A stretch of 64,000 bases of DNA, from the NCBI GenBank assembly GCA_973895155.1, contig OZ316896.1:4303595-4367594 (forward strand). The letters are read 5' to 3'. Position numbers and translations under genes: made by a program. Shown one piece after another: positions 14,101 through 26,470 of the stretch (positions are counted from its first letter, which is position 1; each line of letters opens with the position of its first letter). The notes under the pieces are model-generated. The model was not told the origin of the DNA. It was given only the letters and a program-made list of their open reading frames with translations, and did no database searches. Origin of the DNA: Marsupella aquatica. Lineage: Eukaryota > Plantae > Marchantiophyta.

Positions 14101-14815
14101 TCCATATTGTAACTCTTCCCTACCTTTGGCAATGCCTTGACGCAAGCCTCAAAGACGCAGGCCCCAAAGACTAGTTTCAATGTTGATTAGATAGTCAGAT
14201 TTGGCGCACCATTGCCTGCACCAAATGTCACAATCCTTATTTTTCACTCGCACCCCCAACCTTAGTTACTCCCCCAGAGTCACAATCTAGAGGTTTCACT
14301 TTTGGACCATAGGCCCTATAGAGGAGCCGGTCATGTAGTCAGAGTTGGTGCACCTTCACCTGCCATCTGTAAACAAAAACAAACCTAGCACAAACACAAA
14401 GCGAGACACAAAGACATCTACAATAGGTTGGGGGTAGTGAATAAAGTGACTCAAGCAGGAGGGCTTTTGCCACAATTTTGGCCCCATTGTCTCTTCTCTT
14501 TCCTGTTGCGTCTCTTTCCTGGTGGGACAAATTCAATTAACTAAACTGATCCCTACCCTTCACTGCAGTTCTAACTGTAGTACCGCTCTGCCACGCTACA
14601 GTTGGAGCCCTACGCCATTGTGGTACAGTGGAGCATCGCAGAATGACTCACGTACATCAATGGACAGAGTGTACAAATGAAGTTTTCTTTCTAGTGTGCC
14701 GGTGCATCCAATCCATTCATTTGATCGATCCAACCATCCATCTCCCTGTGACTCAGTCCTTCTGTCCACCTCCCCCGGCCCCCCCCGCCTGTCGGGTCCA
14801 TTTGGGAATCCATTA

Positions 14816-14981
14816 GGGCGTGTCAAAGTTCTCCCATAACACTTTGGTTACAGCTTTTTTTGTGTGGACGTACCACCCTTATTGGGTACGTATTTTGGTA
14901 ACCCATAAAGATTCTTTCTTGGCCATAAGTCAGTTTTATGCCCTGAGCCGTAACTCAGGTAAACTGTGCTTTGACACGCCC
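14816..14981. mobile_element. 166-bp MITE with perfect 13-bp TIRs
   Basis: GGGCGTGTCAAAG (14816-14828) and CTTTGACACGCCC (14969-14981), with TA on both outer flanks. Non-coding interior. Confidence 0.75.
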
Positions 14982-15260
14982 TATTCATATATAGTATTAG
15001 ACAGTTGGCCAATGCTTCTGCCCTCACTACTTCTTTGGCGTCCTCTTGCAGCCAAGCCAGCGACAAAGAAACAGGTTATACTTGTACAGTTTGTACAGCT
15101 GGCTCTGTCTAAGTGCACACTACATAAGCGCAATAGCTGGCTAAGCGCAGGGCATCCTGCTCTTCTATTTTATGTTACATGGAGTATTCTAAGCACACAC
15201 AGGTCTGAAGTTTTTGATAAACTAAAATTTGTAAGGTCTAACCTTCGTTAAGTGTCTGTA

Positions 15261-15436
15261 TGCACTTATCAATAAATGCACAACCTAATACATTCTCAAC
15301 AATTGAATATGTACTTAGGGAAGTGTGGGCACAGAATTTAGGGCAGGGACACAAGGTACAGGCTGCTCAGGGAGGGGGGGCTCTACTACATATTTAACAA
15401 ACTGATGTAAATCATGCACACTTATTGATAAGTGCA
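15261..15436. repeat. 15-bp inverted repeat pair (possible MITE or subterminal repeats)
   Basis: TGCACTTATCAATAA (15261-15275) and TTATTGATAAGTGCA (15422-15436). No TSD identified. Confidence 0.5.
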
Positions 15437-17122
15437 GTTTTTAGGGGGCTGTGAGCTTATCAAGGAATGCAACACCTGGTATAATGCATGTTTGATCAGT
15501 TTTCCAGAGACTCTGTTTAGAGTGAGTTCTGTAGGAGGATAGTATTGCATGTGTCTAGGCAAAAGCAATAGGGAGTCTGAAAGCTTTGTAGATGATGGCG
15601 TGTGACCATAAACAAATGGCCATAGTTCTTTAGAGTGGTTGTATATATTTTTTCACTAGCTTCTTTAAGGAAAAAAGTTATGGATTATGAATTTGGTAGC
15701 CTGTGGATTACAATCAGTCAAATTCTGAGGTTTGAGACCCCCTAATGGCTGTGCTCAAAGTTAACATTCCAAGCATTTTCATGTTAACCCCAATGTGTCA
15801 CTATACCTCAGTGTAGACACGTTTTTAAAGGGAAAAATTGTTTTTCTGCTTGCCGGTCCCCAACCTTTGGTAGTCAGAATTACTAACCAGTCCCAAAAAC
15901 TAATTTAAATGAATTTGCCCTATATTTTGGATCAGCTTATATGCCCATTTCCAACTGTACCCCAACACTAGCTGTGTTGCCATAGTCATTGGTCTAGAGG
16001 CTTCACTCTAGAACATGGACTTTATCTTAGTTTTTTTTAGTTTTTCAAGGAAAATTTGTGAAACCCCACGGAAAGGGAAAAGTCAGTCACAATACTTGAA
16101 CCCAAGATCTATCAGTCTCTGCTCTGCTCAAGTGAACTACCACAGAGTCATACCTCTCTGGCTCCTTATATTAGTTTTTAATTGTCCACATTAGATAAAT
16201 ATGAGTTAACTTGACCAAGGTAAGCCTCCCTTGCCAGAAAAGTGTGCAAAATGAAGGGGACCAAAAATGCAATAATTTTTGCCCACAGAAGTCTACACTT
16301 GCATTCTGGAGAATGTCGGGTGGGGACGTGGTCCCAGGGTGAAGGCATGGTTGGAGGGAGTTAGCACAACAAAATTTTGAACCTCAATCATGTGCCATAT
16401 TGGGTTAGTATAGTTGGAAAAAGAAAAAAAGAAAAAAAGTGTTTTAAACTGATGATTAAATTTGTTTGGTGGACAGGTTAGTAATTTGAAGAGGTTTGGG
16501 AGATTGGATCACCAAAACTGAAGTTAAAAAATGAAATCTAGAGTAGCAGCCCCTCCAGGCGTCGTCGCTACGTGCTTCATTTCTTCGGCACCCCGGAATG
16601 TTGAATCCCCGCTATGCTCTGTCTGCCTTTTCCTTGTGTATATCAACCTTGAATGTCCGCAATCATCTCAGTATCGCCGTGAGTTCGGTTCAGAGCTATT
16701 CCCCTCCGTTACCGTGTATCCAGCCGCCTCTCCGTCTCTCCTCTCTCCCTTCCTCCCCTCTCCCTCCTTCCTTTCTTCCTTCCTCGTCTACGGGACTGGA
16801 TTGCGCTACACACAGAAGAGAGCATTCAGACTATACTACTGCGCCGTATAGAGCCGGGATCCCACTTCCTCCGCCGTTAGATTACTCTGCTCGCAACGCC
16901 CTCACATTCATCTTCTTCCCTCTAAACAGTCAAGTCATTCTTCGAACAAGAAGAGTGTCAAGTAGGTTCAAGTTGTCTCTCTCGCCGAAAGGAGAGGTGT
17001 AGTATACATAGCGCGTTCGTTCCGAGTCCCAAGAATCGGAAAACCTCGGGTCACTGAGGAGAAGAGTGTAGGAGGAGTGGAGTCTGCGGAGGCGTTCGGA
17101 GTCGGGTCTAAGGACGAGTTTC

Positions 17123-17427
17123 ATGATTTCTTGGGGTCTTTGTGACATTTCTGTGAGAGAAAGTGGTTTGGGGATTCGGCATTCGTTCAGGTCGGCTGGT
17201 GGCGGCGTCCAGTTTTCCGTCTCTGTACAGGGGAGTTGGTCAGGATTGATTTCTTAGTTCATGTCAAATGTCATATCGAAGTGGATAGAAAGGCAGTTAT
17301 TGCGGTTTTTCGAGGTGGTTAAGAAGCGAGGGAGCTATTGAAGGTTGTCGTCGTCGTCGATCGGTGGTTGGTGTGGTTTCTTACCGTTCGTTCGTGGAGA
17401 ATGAGTGAAGAGCCTACCAAGTCGTGA
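17123..17427 (+). promoter_or_regulatory. Cluster of upstream ORFs in the presumed TZF 5' leader
   Basis: AUG-initiated ORFs at 17123-17257 (44 aa), 17261-17341 (MSNVISKWIERQLLRFFEVVKKRGSY), 17268-17288 and 17401-17427 (MSEEPTKS). They lie downstream of a CT-rich core-promoter-like patch (~16720-16930). The TSS is inferred. Confidence 0.55.
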
Positions 17428-17464
17428 TTGGGAAGGAAATAGTGGGGACTAAAGAGGTTACAAG

Positions 17465-19549
17465 ATGCCAGGTGTTTTGATCGATGAACAGAGTTTCCAA
17501 CTCGATGCCATCAATCCTTCGACATTTTTCGAGGCGTACAACGTCCTTTCGCCAGGAGCGATTTCTCACCCTCAGGCGATATCGCAGGCGCATCAACTTA
17601 TGCGGCACAACTCCTTCTCGGGGGTGAAGGACACGTCCTCGAACGGGCTCTCTGTGTGTGCTCCAGTTTACCATCGTAGCCAAAGTGCTATCACTTCTGC
17701 TGCGCTCTTCAATTACTTCGGCAGCCCTCCTTCGACTCCGAAGAAGACGAGTGAGACGAGCTATAACTCGGGCTCTCTGGATATTGGGGATGACTTCTCT
17801 GGCATGGTTGACAGTGAAGGGTCTGTAGGTGGTCTGAGTGCAACGTCGGCGACTGCAGCTGCGATAGCTATGGTTGGTGGAAACGCGTCTTCAGGAGCGG
17901 ATCCCAGAGGTTTCGGGAATTCACCCATAGTCGGTTCACCCACGATGTCGGACTCTGTGAGTGCGTTTCACAAGTATCTCCCTTCCAATAACGAGGACGA
18001 AGAGTCTTGGGCGTCGACGGTGGACGTTTACGCGTGTGACCAATTCCGAATGTTTGAGTTCAAGGTGCGTCGCTGCATGAGGGGAAGAAGCCATGATTGG
18101 ACTGAGTGTCCGTTCGCTCACCCCGGAGAAAAGGCGCGAAGGAGAGACCCAAGAAGATTTCACTATTCTGGGACTGCCTGTCCAGACTTTCGGAAAGGCA
18201 GTTGCAGGAGGGGGGACGCATGCGAGTTTGCTCACGGAGTGTTCGAGTGCTGGTTACACCCTGCTCGATATCGTACTCAGCCATGCAAGGATGGAAGAAA
18301 TTGTCGCAGGAGAGTTTGTTTCTTCGCTCATACGCCGGAGCAGCTGCGACTCCTCCCCGCTGCTGCACAGGCTGCCAACGCCGCTGCCAGAACTGGTGGC
18401 TTGAACGGAAACCAGTCGACCCCTTTGTCCGGAGTCGGGTCTTTAAGTGGATCATATGATGGATCGCCTGGCCGAAGTGGGGTTTCTTTCGATGGTGCGT
18501 ATGCTTTCGATATGGGTGCTGGGGGTTGTGCCTCACCTCATTGCCAGCCTTCTTCCCTCGGTGGACGCTGCCAGAACAGCTCTGTACATAACGGTACCTG
18601 TGGAGGTGCTCATTTCGAGCAGTCTTTCATAGGTAATGGTGGTCATAATGGTCACTGCTGTGTAGCTCCGCAGATGGCTTCTCCAACATCGACACTAGTG
18701 GGACATTCTGCTTCACCACCTCCCCTCTCGCCTCCTCTGTCTCCCAGCGGTTCTCCTCCGATGTCCCCCCAGTCGCCTCACCACTGGCCAAGTTCTCCCA
18801 ACGTTCATCAGACCATGCCATCTTCGCCAAGCACCCCTTCTTCGGTCTCCCACTCCCAGATGGTGTTCAACACGTCGTCAATTCAGTCACGAGTGTCGCA
18901 GGAAGCTATGGGAGGTTACTCGCAGGGCCCCTGTTCTCCACTGTCTAGGGCCTCAAACGGCCAGTCAGGTTCTTCACCAGCAGTCACAGCCCATGCACAC
19001 AGTGGGGACAGGAGCGCTCCTGCTCACAGACGTCATTTGGATCGGCTCAATTCAATGCCCGCACTGTCCATTCCTCCGGTGGACATCTCTCATCGCAGCA
19101 TGCTGCAAGCGGTTTCGTCTCCTCTGCCGTCACCATCTAGCTGTTCCCCACCTTCACCCGGTGGCATACCTTCTTCGGCGGCGATGTCGGAGCTTATCGC
19201 CACCATTCAACAGTTGGGTGTCCGAAACAGCGGTGTTCCACTCTGGATTCAAGCACAAGCACAAACAATACAAGCAGCCAACCAGTATTCGAGTGGCCCT
19301 TCTCCTCTCCGTCGATGTTCCCAGAGCGTTCCTGTGACGCCCACGAAGTTACGGTGGGATGAAAGATGTCCTAGGTGGGAAGTGGAAGACAACGAAGAGG
19401 TCGAGCCTCCTGTCCAGCGTGTTGAGTCTGGCAGGGATTTGAGAGCTAAAATATATGGCAGACTAGGGAAGGAAAACCGTGCCGAGAGTGGAGACGCTCC
19501 TGACCTTGGTTGGGTCAACGAGCTCGTCAAGGACGAGCAAGCTTGGTAA
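17465..19549 (+). CDS. TZF: Plant RR-TZF tandem CCCH zinc-finger RNA-binding protein (non-ankyrin, AtTZF1-5-like), 694 aa, intronless CDS
   Basis: RR motif [38 protein letters not shown]1 C-x7-C-x5-C-x3-H, a 16-aa linker, ZF2 C-x5-C-x4-C-x3-H, and C-terminal [12 protein letters not shown] and [10 protein letters not shown] motifs. Confidence 0.97.
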   Translation: MPGVLIDEQSFQLDAINPSTFFEAYNVLSPGAISHPQAISQAHQLMRHNSFSGVKDTSSNGLSVCAPVYHRSQSAITSAALFNYFGSPPSTPKKTSETSYNSGSLDIGDDFSGMVDSEGSVGGLSATSATAAAIAMVGGNASSGADPRGFGNSPIVGSPTMSDSVSAFHKYLPSNNEDEESWASTVDVYACDQFRMFEFKVRRCMRGRSHDWTECPFAHPGEKARRRDPRRFHYSGTACPDFRKGSCRRGDACEFAHGVFECWLHPARYRTQPCKDGRNCRRRVCFFAHTPEQLRLLPAAAQAANAAARTGGLNGNQSTPLSGVGSLSGSYDGSPGRSGVSFDGAYAFDMGAGGCASPHCQPSSLGGRCQNSSVHNGTCGGAHFEQSFIGNGGHNGHCCVAPQMASPTSTLVGHSASPPPLSPPLSPSGSPPMSPQSPHHWPSSPNVHQTMPSSPSTPSSVSHSQMVFNTSSIQSRVSQEAMGGYSQGPCSPLSRASNGQSGSSPAVTAHAHSGDRSAPAHRRHLDRLNSMPALSIPPVDISHRSMLQAVSSPLPSPSSCSPPSPGGIPSSAAMSELIATIQQLGVRNSGVPLWIQAQAQTIQAANQYSSGPSPLRRCSQSVPVTPTKLRWDERCPRWEVEDNEEVEPPVQRVESGRDLRAKIYGRLGKENRAESGDAPDLGWVNELVKDEQAW

Positions 19550-21798
19550 ATGAGTGTTCCCAGGGCTCGTCATTGGCGGGTAAGAATGGATATGAAACTA
19601 GTGAAGCTGTTTTTAGGTGATAGTTGATCAAGGTTGCGAGAAGAACATATGGCATCAGGTGAAGGGGCGGAAACGCTTTCGGCCGGGATCGGTCTCGTCA
19701 GGTCTCAATCTTGGAGATGTGTCAGGTGGCTCAACTCTAGGGATGACGTTGCGATCAGGTTTTGGTTTACATTTTTTTCATATTTTTTGTGGATCTCGTC
19801 CACTTCTGCAGGTTTTGTGTCCTCGTTTCTGTCTGGAGAAGCTGCCTTCGTCACGACAGACCTGCGGTCCGAGCGATGGTACCTGGTGGACGGTCTCTTG
19901 AAGACAATTTTGGCGTCTGGCTTAGCTTCGTTACTGAGGAGTTAGGCTTTGCAGCATAGCTATGCCCGTGTGGCCTTCATTGGCAGCCTTGACAACCGGA
20001 CTGGGCTGGCGTATCAGGAGAAGGGGAACCGAGACATACGGAGCTCTTGGCAGTGAGTGATGAATCAGTGCAAGGTATTCAGAAGTGGTTACGAGGAACT
20101 GCTAGGTACTATTCTTGGACAGTGGGAGGGGGATATATAGTTTTCCCTTACCCTTCACCATAGGTGAGTATTGAGCCTTCTTCCCGCACGAATGGAAGTT
20201 GCTGCCAATTGGCGGATGCGATTCTTTAAAACAAGACAACAGTCAAATTTACTTGGAAGCAGTAGGAGGAAATTTATTTGTGAATGAATTCATACGGAGG
20301 CCAGCGTCATGCCGCCTTTCTGCTGCAAACCTCTTCACACCAAGAAGACACCAGGCACAGTTGCACAGTCGGAGGGAAGAGGGATTTTGGTGTCCGTTGT
20401 ATGTACAATCCGCCACTTGCTTGCGGAGCGAAGTGACGGAGGTGCGGTGTCTGTATGTGGAGGTCGTGTTGGCGTGGAGAAGACATGGAGGAAGAGGCTT
20501 GTAAAGGAGTGCCGAGGATAGTAGAAGTCGATATCAACTTTTAGGGGAGTAGGCACTGATTGTAGGTCACTGTCGAAATGGACAGCATTGTTTGACCGTT
20601 AGACATAATGTAGAGCCGCAGTAGTGCTTGAAGATTGAAGTCTTTATCGCGGTGTATTGATATGTAGCCATTTTATTCATGTGCCTGTCATGTCTCGTCA
20701 ATTGGCTGTCCCTTCAGACCAGATCAGAAAGCGTCTGACTTAGAGTGGGGTTAGCGCACTCGAGGTGCTTTTCTTAAACCGGTTAGAATCATAGATTAGC
20801 GTATGAAATAGGGTAAAGGCCTAACAAGTAGAAGCCCTTCGATTTCATACCCTTAACATGTTCATAGGCAGATTTATACTGTCCGCGATCGCTGATTCAT
20901 TTTGTTTTAACAGAATTGTACATTCATATCCAATGACATGACTGCGTAAATATAACTGTCTGTCGGGATCTACTCATTTTGATTATAAAGATTTATTTTC
21001 CCATTTGTGGTTTAAGGTTCTTGTTTGTGTCGAAATAAGATTTACATGAGATGTTCATGTCGTCCATGTATGTAAGTGGTCCCTTGTTAGATGTCATAAG
21101 TGTCCGTATGTGACAACATCTGGCCTAGCTAAAGTCTTGAAGGAATTTGCTTCACACAACGATTATGCTAGCGACTTCCTGCTAGGTGCGAGAACTAGAA
21201 ACACATTCTCGAAGGTGTATTGGGAGTTGCGATCCATCTAGTGGGCCCAAAGCCAAAGGGTTTTGCGCTACTTCTGCGCCACTTCTTGATTAGGATTTTA
21301 AGACGATTAAAAAAGCCTTCCACGATGAAATGTCTTACTTAGTGAGTGCTATGGGACGCTTCGGTGGTTTTGGCAACGACGGCGCATGATGGGGACATGT
21401 GGGGAAGAAATATGACCAGATAGAGGTTCTTGAATAATAAGTCAATAGTGTCTCGTCTGTAGTACTTGGTAGAGTGCGATGTTCTTGGAGTCGTCGTGCT
21501 TTTCCGGTTCTGACATCAACGGTCACCTTACTGGTTTCTATTGAGTTCTAATGGAATGTTTTCGGTTACTTTCGCTCCCGTCAATAAGAGGTGCTATCTG
21601 ACTGGCATGTGTCGTTTTCTTTTAGTAATAACTCACCCTCCTGTGTTCCTTCAAGCACGTCGCCTGCACCGGAAGCTCTCTACTTTCAATTCCAGAAAAC
21701 GTATCAATTATGAGAACAAAAAACGAACACTAGGGATCAGTGGCGGTCGCACAACGGAGCGATACAGAAGAAACCGAATAAACGCAGACTTTTCCTGT

Positions 21799-21950
21799 TG
21801 TTACTGATCAAACATACGAAGGAGTTTGGACAGTTTCAGTACTGGGGCTGTTACTTGATCAAACATACGAACGAGTTTGGACAGTTTCAGTACTGGGGCT
21901 GTTACTTGATCAAACATACGAACGAGTTTGGACAGTTTCAATACTTGGGC
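21799..21950. repeat. Tandem repeat, 3 x ~51 bp
   Basis: Unit TGTTACTTGATCAAACATACGAACGAGTTTGGACAGTTTCAGTACTGGGGC, with copies at 21799, 21849 and 21900. Confidence 0.95.
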
Positions 21951-22850
21951 TCAGGGAATGAGAGTAGAAAGGTTTCCGTCCACTTCGCTCATAAAAATCA
22001 AATCTATTGATGAAATCCTTGATGCAAAGACGAGCTTGGGGTGAGTCTGTCCGTTTTGCTCGTGAAAACAATAGTACTGGACAAAACCTGCACACGAAGT
22101 ACGCAAGACGGAAGGATTTGTCCTGGGGTTTTGAATCCAATCGACTGCCACGTTGCTACGAACAAGTATTTTACGGTTATTTTAGAATTGAGAAGTGTCT
22201 TATAATTAATTTACAGATTTTAGGTGTAGGAAACAGCTGTTGACGTTATGCGTTCGCAATTTTCGAAACCAGGTGGTTTTCCCCAGTCTTCGATATACTC
22301 AAATTATTATTCCAGTGAGTGCAACCAATATGTTGGAAAACGATTCTAACATTTAGGAACCTCCGAGAGCCCCTCTGGCCAGCATGTTGCACGCACAACG
22401 GAGCGGGCAACCTCCACAAAACTCACGGCAATTTTTCTGATTTAAAAACACATATAAGCAGTACGGAGTAGAGAACTAGCTAGCTCCAGATAAGTTTGGC
22501 AGTTGTGAGCACTATCGAACTCGGAAGGCAACGGGATTGAGGTTCTTGAAACACGCACGCGGAACCGTAGCTCTCGCATCGAGCTACTCCTGTACTTCTC
22601 CTCTACTCCAAGGGGTGGGTGCGTTTACTCGGTCCCGTCGTCCACATGCGAATGGTGTGTTCCTCTTCTGCCCGTAGGCCGGCTGGGAGCCTGGGAGGAC
22701 TTAGTGAGGAGACCTGGCCCACCATATTTTATCAGACTGGATCAATCAGCTCCGCGTTGTGACTTGGCGTAGGTGCAGCACGGCCGAATTCGGCAGGGGA
22801 CCCCACATCGCTGACGCAGCGCACTCTTCAGGGTATCTTTCTAGATAGCT

Positions 22851-23501
22851 CTACCGAGTTCGGCGCATGCAGGTTTTCTTTCTTTTGTATTTTGCTTTCC
22901 CCGTGAAAAGAGAAAGACGACGAAGTTCAGGGTTTAGGGAGTCTACTGTAGCTAACTTCCTTTGCATTCCACAATTTACTCTCATATCATAAGCTATTTT
23001 GTCATATTGCCTTACCGATGGTGCTTTGTCGAAGAAGCTAACACAACTTGATATAAAGGTAAGAGAGTCTTCCATCAACTTTTCACGGGAGATCTGGGCC
23101 TTCAATTCTACGCTTGTCTACAACTGTTCCGAGGCATTGAGGCAAACTGTTTCGTCGCATGTCGTGCTGGGGATGTTTACGGTCTTTCCGGGATTACGGA
23201 GTAGACTTTGCGGTGTATCGTTGTTGCCGTTCATCTCACTATTACTGACGGTGGGCGTGTTGCGACATTTTTTATTGGACTTCAGAACATACGGGAAGGG
23301 ACTTGAACGGTGATCTGAAATTCTGTACGGTTCAAAACAGTACTTAGAACGAAGAAGTAGGGAGGAAGAGGAAGCAGGCAACTTCGCCGAAACAGTGACG
23401 AGAATTGGTTTGATCCTGGTACTTTCCAAGCCCACGAAGATCCAAAAAACCACAAATAAATAAAGTGAGGTCCCATTAAGCTGTGGAACAGCAAATTGCA
23501 A
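22851..23501 (-). pseudogene. Possible decayed coding sequence of unknown family
   Basis: ORFs 23118-23501 and 22851-23105 are in the same frame, separated by a single TAG (~216 codons). No recognisable domain. Confidence 0.25.
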
Positions 23502-24018
23502 CCAAGTCAGATTTTAGGAAGTGAATAAATTTACTCAGAAAGGGGCAACAAAGGAAATACGGGAAAATACGGGAAAATCTCGAGAGGACCAACGAAGGTT
23601 ACATGCTGATAACCCACAGTTCAAGTTCAATTGCTTACATGACTTCACCCACAAATCCTAGTTCAACAAAGGAGTGATTGTCTGCAATCGTAATCAGATC
23701 TCTCTTCCAATCCTGTCAAATTTACTTGTCAAAATGGTCAACGTCTGAAAAATCCTTGTGGAAATGGTGATCAATGCAAATCAATTTGTTACCAAGTTTA
23801 AAAGCTCAGCAGCTCACTCAAATTGTAATTGTGTTTGATAGATCACACCAGGAACTCTACGGATAGACAATCAAATAGCAAAAGCTCAGCACATCAAACC
23901 ATGTGTTGGAAACGGGGCTGCGAATAAAAATTTCATATCAAAGTGAAAGCTCGTTGCTAAATATCCCAAGTTTAGCGCAAGAAAGCCAAGCTGAGTAAGA
24001 GGCCTACAGATCGCTGCT

Positions 24019-24039
24019 CTAAACCCTAAACCCTAAACC
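24019..24039 (-). repeat. Telo-box / (CCCTAAA)n repeat
   Basis: CTAAACCCTAAACCCTAAACC read directly. Confidence 0.8.
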
Positions 24040-26389
24040 TCCTACTCAGCTGTGAGATTTGAATTTCTAATATCGATTCTCACAAACGGTTGGCTATCGA
24101 ATTTGAAGCCAAGCACATGATATGAATTGAATGGAGCTTCAGTGGGCCCCAATCTTGACAATTTAACCGCCCTAATTGCTGCTCAGAGTTGGACATTAGA
24201 TTATGTAATCTTGATCGTAGCTCAAGAAGATGAGAGAAAAATCCCAATTGAAGCTCAAACGAATAGGAGAGTGTAAGAGGAGGTTTTCTGGTACTACTCG
24301 TAGCTCGGAATAAAATAGGACTGGTCCTAATTGCAGCTTAGGGATGAAGGGAGGAATTTGGAAGCCGCAAATCGCAGCTAAAGGAACAAGCAGGTATAAT
24401 TCTGCTTGGAGGCATATTCATTCTCTAGCTCGCAACACGCTTTTTTGATACACAATTTTATCTCGAGTCGTGGAACTCTTTACTTCACCATCTCCATTCA
24501 GTTCTTTGTGAAGCTTCGAACCTCCGATGTTGTGTCATTTTCTCCTTGAAGTTTTGGGCAAAACGTGTACATCACTCGCGCCGTGCACATTGGGAGCTCG
24601 TGATCCAAAGCTCTCGAAGCTGAACAATGATATTAGGATGGAGAGTCTTTTTGCCCCGAAATCATGGTCCACACTTGGGGAATGGATGAGAGGGGAATAG
24701 TTACTTTGTACACTCATTGAATCATGCTAGGGCCAAGTATGTTTCATGCCAAAACTGCCCCCACTTCTTTCCATTGGGCAGAAGAATTATTTAAATAGTA
24801 TGGGTTTTTTAGTTTTAGGTCAAACTAATTCATTATTGTACCTGACAAAATTTGCTATACTTGTATTAATGTGAATAACGGTGTAAAACCTTTGTCCTGA
24901 TTGTTTAAGCAGGGTTAGACTATTAAGTATAGTTTGCCATAAATGAAAGGTAGTACACATGAGAGGACCAAGAGAAACAGAGTCAAAAGACTTATTTAGA
25001 GCCTTAGAGGTCAGCTGAACCTAAGATAACCCCGTATCTTATTGGAGGTCAGATTAAATCTGAACCCATGACAACACCGTAGAGTTCAGGTTAGACACCG
25101 CGCCGAAGCTATTCAAACTGTATAATAGACAGTTTATGGGCCACAGATATTGGTGTATCCTTCCCGCTTTTATCTCTCAGGCTAAGCTCCACGAGAAAAG
25201 AAGAGATGTAATCCTTGGGTTCCCCTATGTTGACTTTGAGGTTGAATGCTAATATTAAGCTGGTCCTACTGTGGGCTACCCGAGAGGACTTCTTGACCCT
25301 TATTATTTTTAAATTTCCCAACACCTGAACGATGGTAGTTTTGCATTATATAATTAGTCCACCCATTATGTGGGATCAGTCAGGGGCTGAGCTAGTTGAA
25401 GATAGATAAGGCCTCTCTAGACGAACAACTAAAAGCCCTGTACCCTTAAATCTTGTGTCTCTTTATTTTGCCCTCCTCACAATTGGTGAACCAAATTCTC
25501 TTGCCTTCATTGTTAGCTTCTTCAGCTTCCTTGAGCGCCCCAGTGCTGCCCTTCATACTCTGTAAAGCAACAGCAAAGCTACCGCTGCTTCTGAAGCATC
25601 CCTTCGCTTCCCTGGCTCCATGGGCTGATAGTGCATCTCTTTGCTCAGAATTTGTAAATTGATGTCATTTTCCATTTCTCTGATCCGAGTAGAATTAAAG
25701 AACTGAGCTTCTTGGGCATGAGGCTCACCAGATGAAAATTTCCAAGTGTAAAGTGAAATCATGATCTAGAATACTTGACCATCTTTGTGTTCATCTGAAA
25801 TGGAGCAAATGATCCCAAAAAAGTCTCAAACTTTTCATGCATTACAGTGGATATCACATACCATGTTGAATAAACTTCAACTTACACGGAGATCGAAAAG
25901 TCATTCAGATAAATCAACCTATCTGCCAAATTCAAAGGTAAGGTTAATGTCGCAAACAGTTGACGACATTGATGACCTTTCTAGTAAGTTGTCAAGATGT
26001 CACGCACAAATGTGGTATGTACTTGTGAAGTTTGTGACGACTCAATGATTTTCTTAAGTGGTTTCTTAAATGGCGGGCTCAAATCCATGATATGAGAGCA
26101 ATGGAATGGGGCAGTTTTTTTTCACACTTTCCATCTCATTGATTGATTCTTTGGGACCAAAGCTCCAATTGGGCTGAGATTGGAGCTTTGGGACCAAAAA
26201 GCCTCATTCTTCTCCAGGCAACAATGAGTCATTCACATGACATTACTGAGAACAGAGGCCATTTTAAAAAACCTTGACTTGAGGTCTTGACTACTTTCTC
26301 CCCAGGTAGTCAATATGGTAGACTACATTCTGCGACCTGTTCTTTTTTATTTTTAGTGTAAATTCAATGATCACTTTACGCACTCCATG

Positions 26390-26470
26390 AGATTGGGCAG
26401 AGACAACTTCTTGGTCTATCGGGCTTCAGATTGGGCAGGGACAATTCCTTGGTCGATCGGGTTTCAGATT
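26390..26470. repeat. Tandem duplication, 2 x 38 bp
   Basis: AGATTGGGCAGRGACAAYTYCTTGGTCKATCGGGYTTC at 26390 and 26428. Confidence 0.85.

Noticed and set aside
17414-19530. Numerous antisense and alternative-frame ORFs over TZF
   Set aside because: Expected shadows of a GC-rich coding region, with no independent motifs.
21799-21950. Regularly spaced repeats resembling a CRISPR array
   Set aside because: Units are head-to-tail with no unique spacers, there are no cas genes, and the context is eukaryotic.
24850-25760. Possible LINE endonuclease remnant
   Set aside because: Motif-like fragments were not in the expected order, so it could not be supported.
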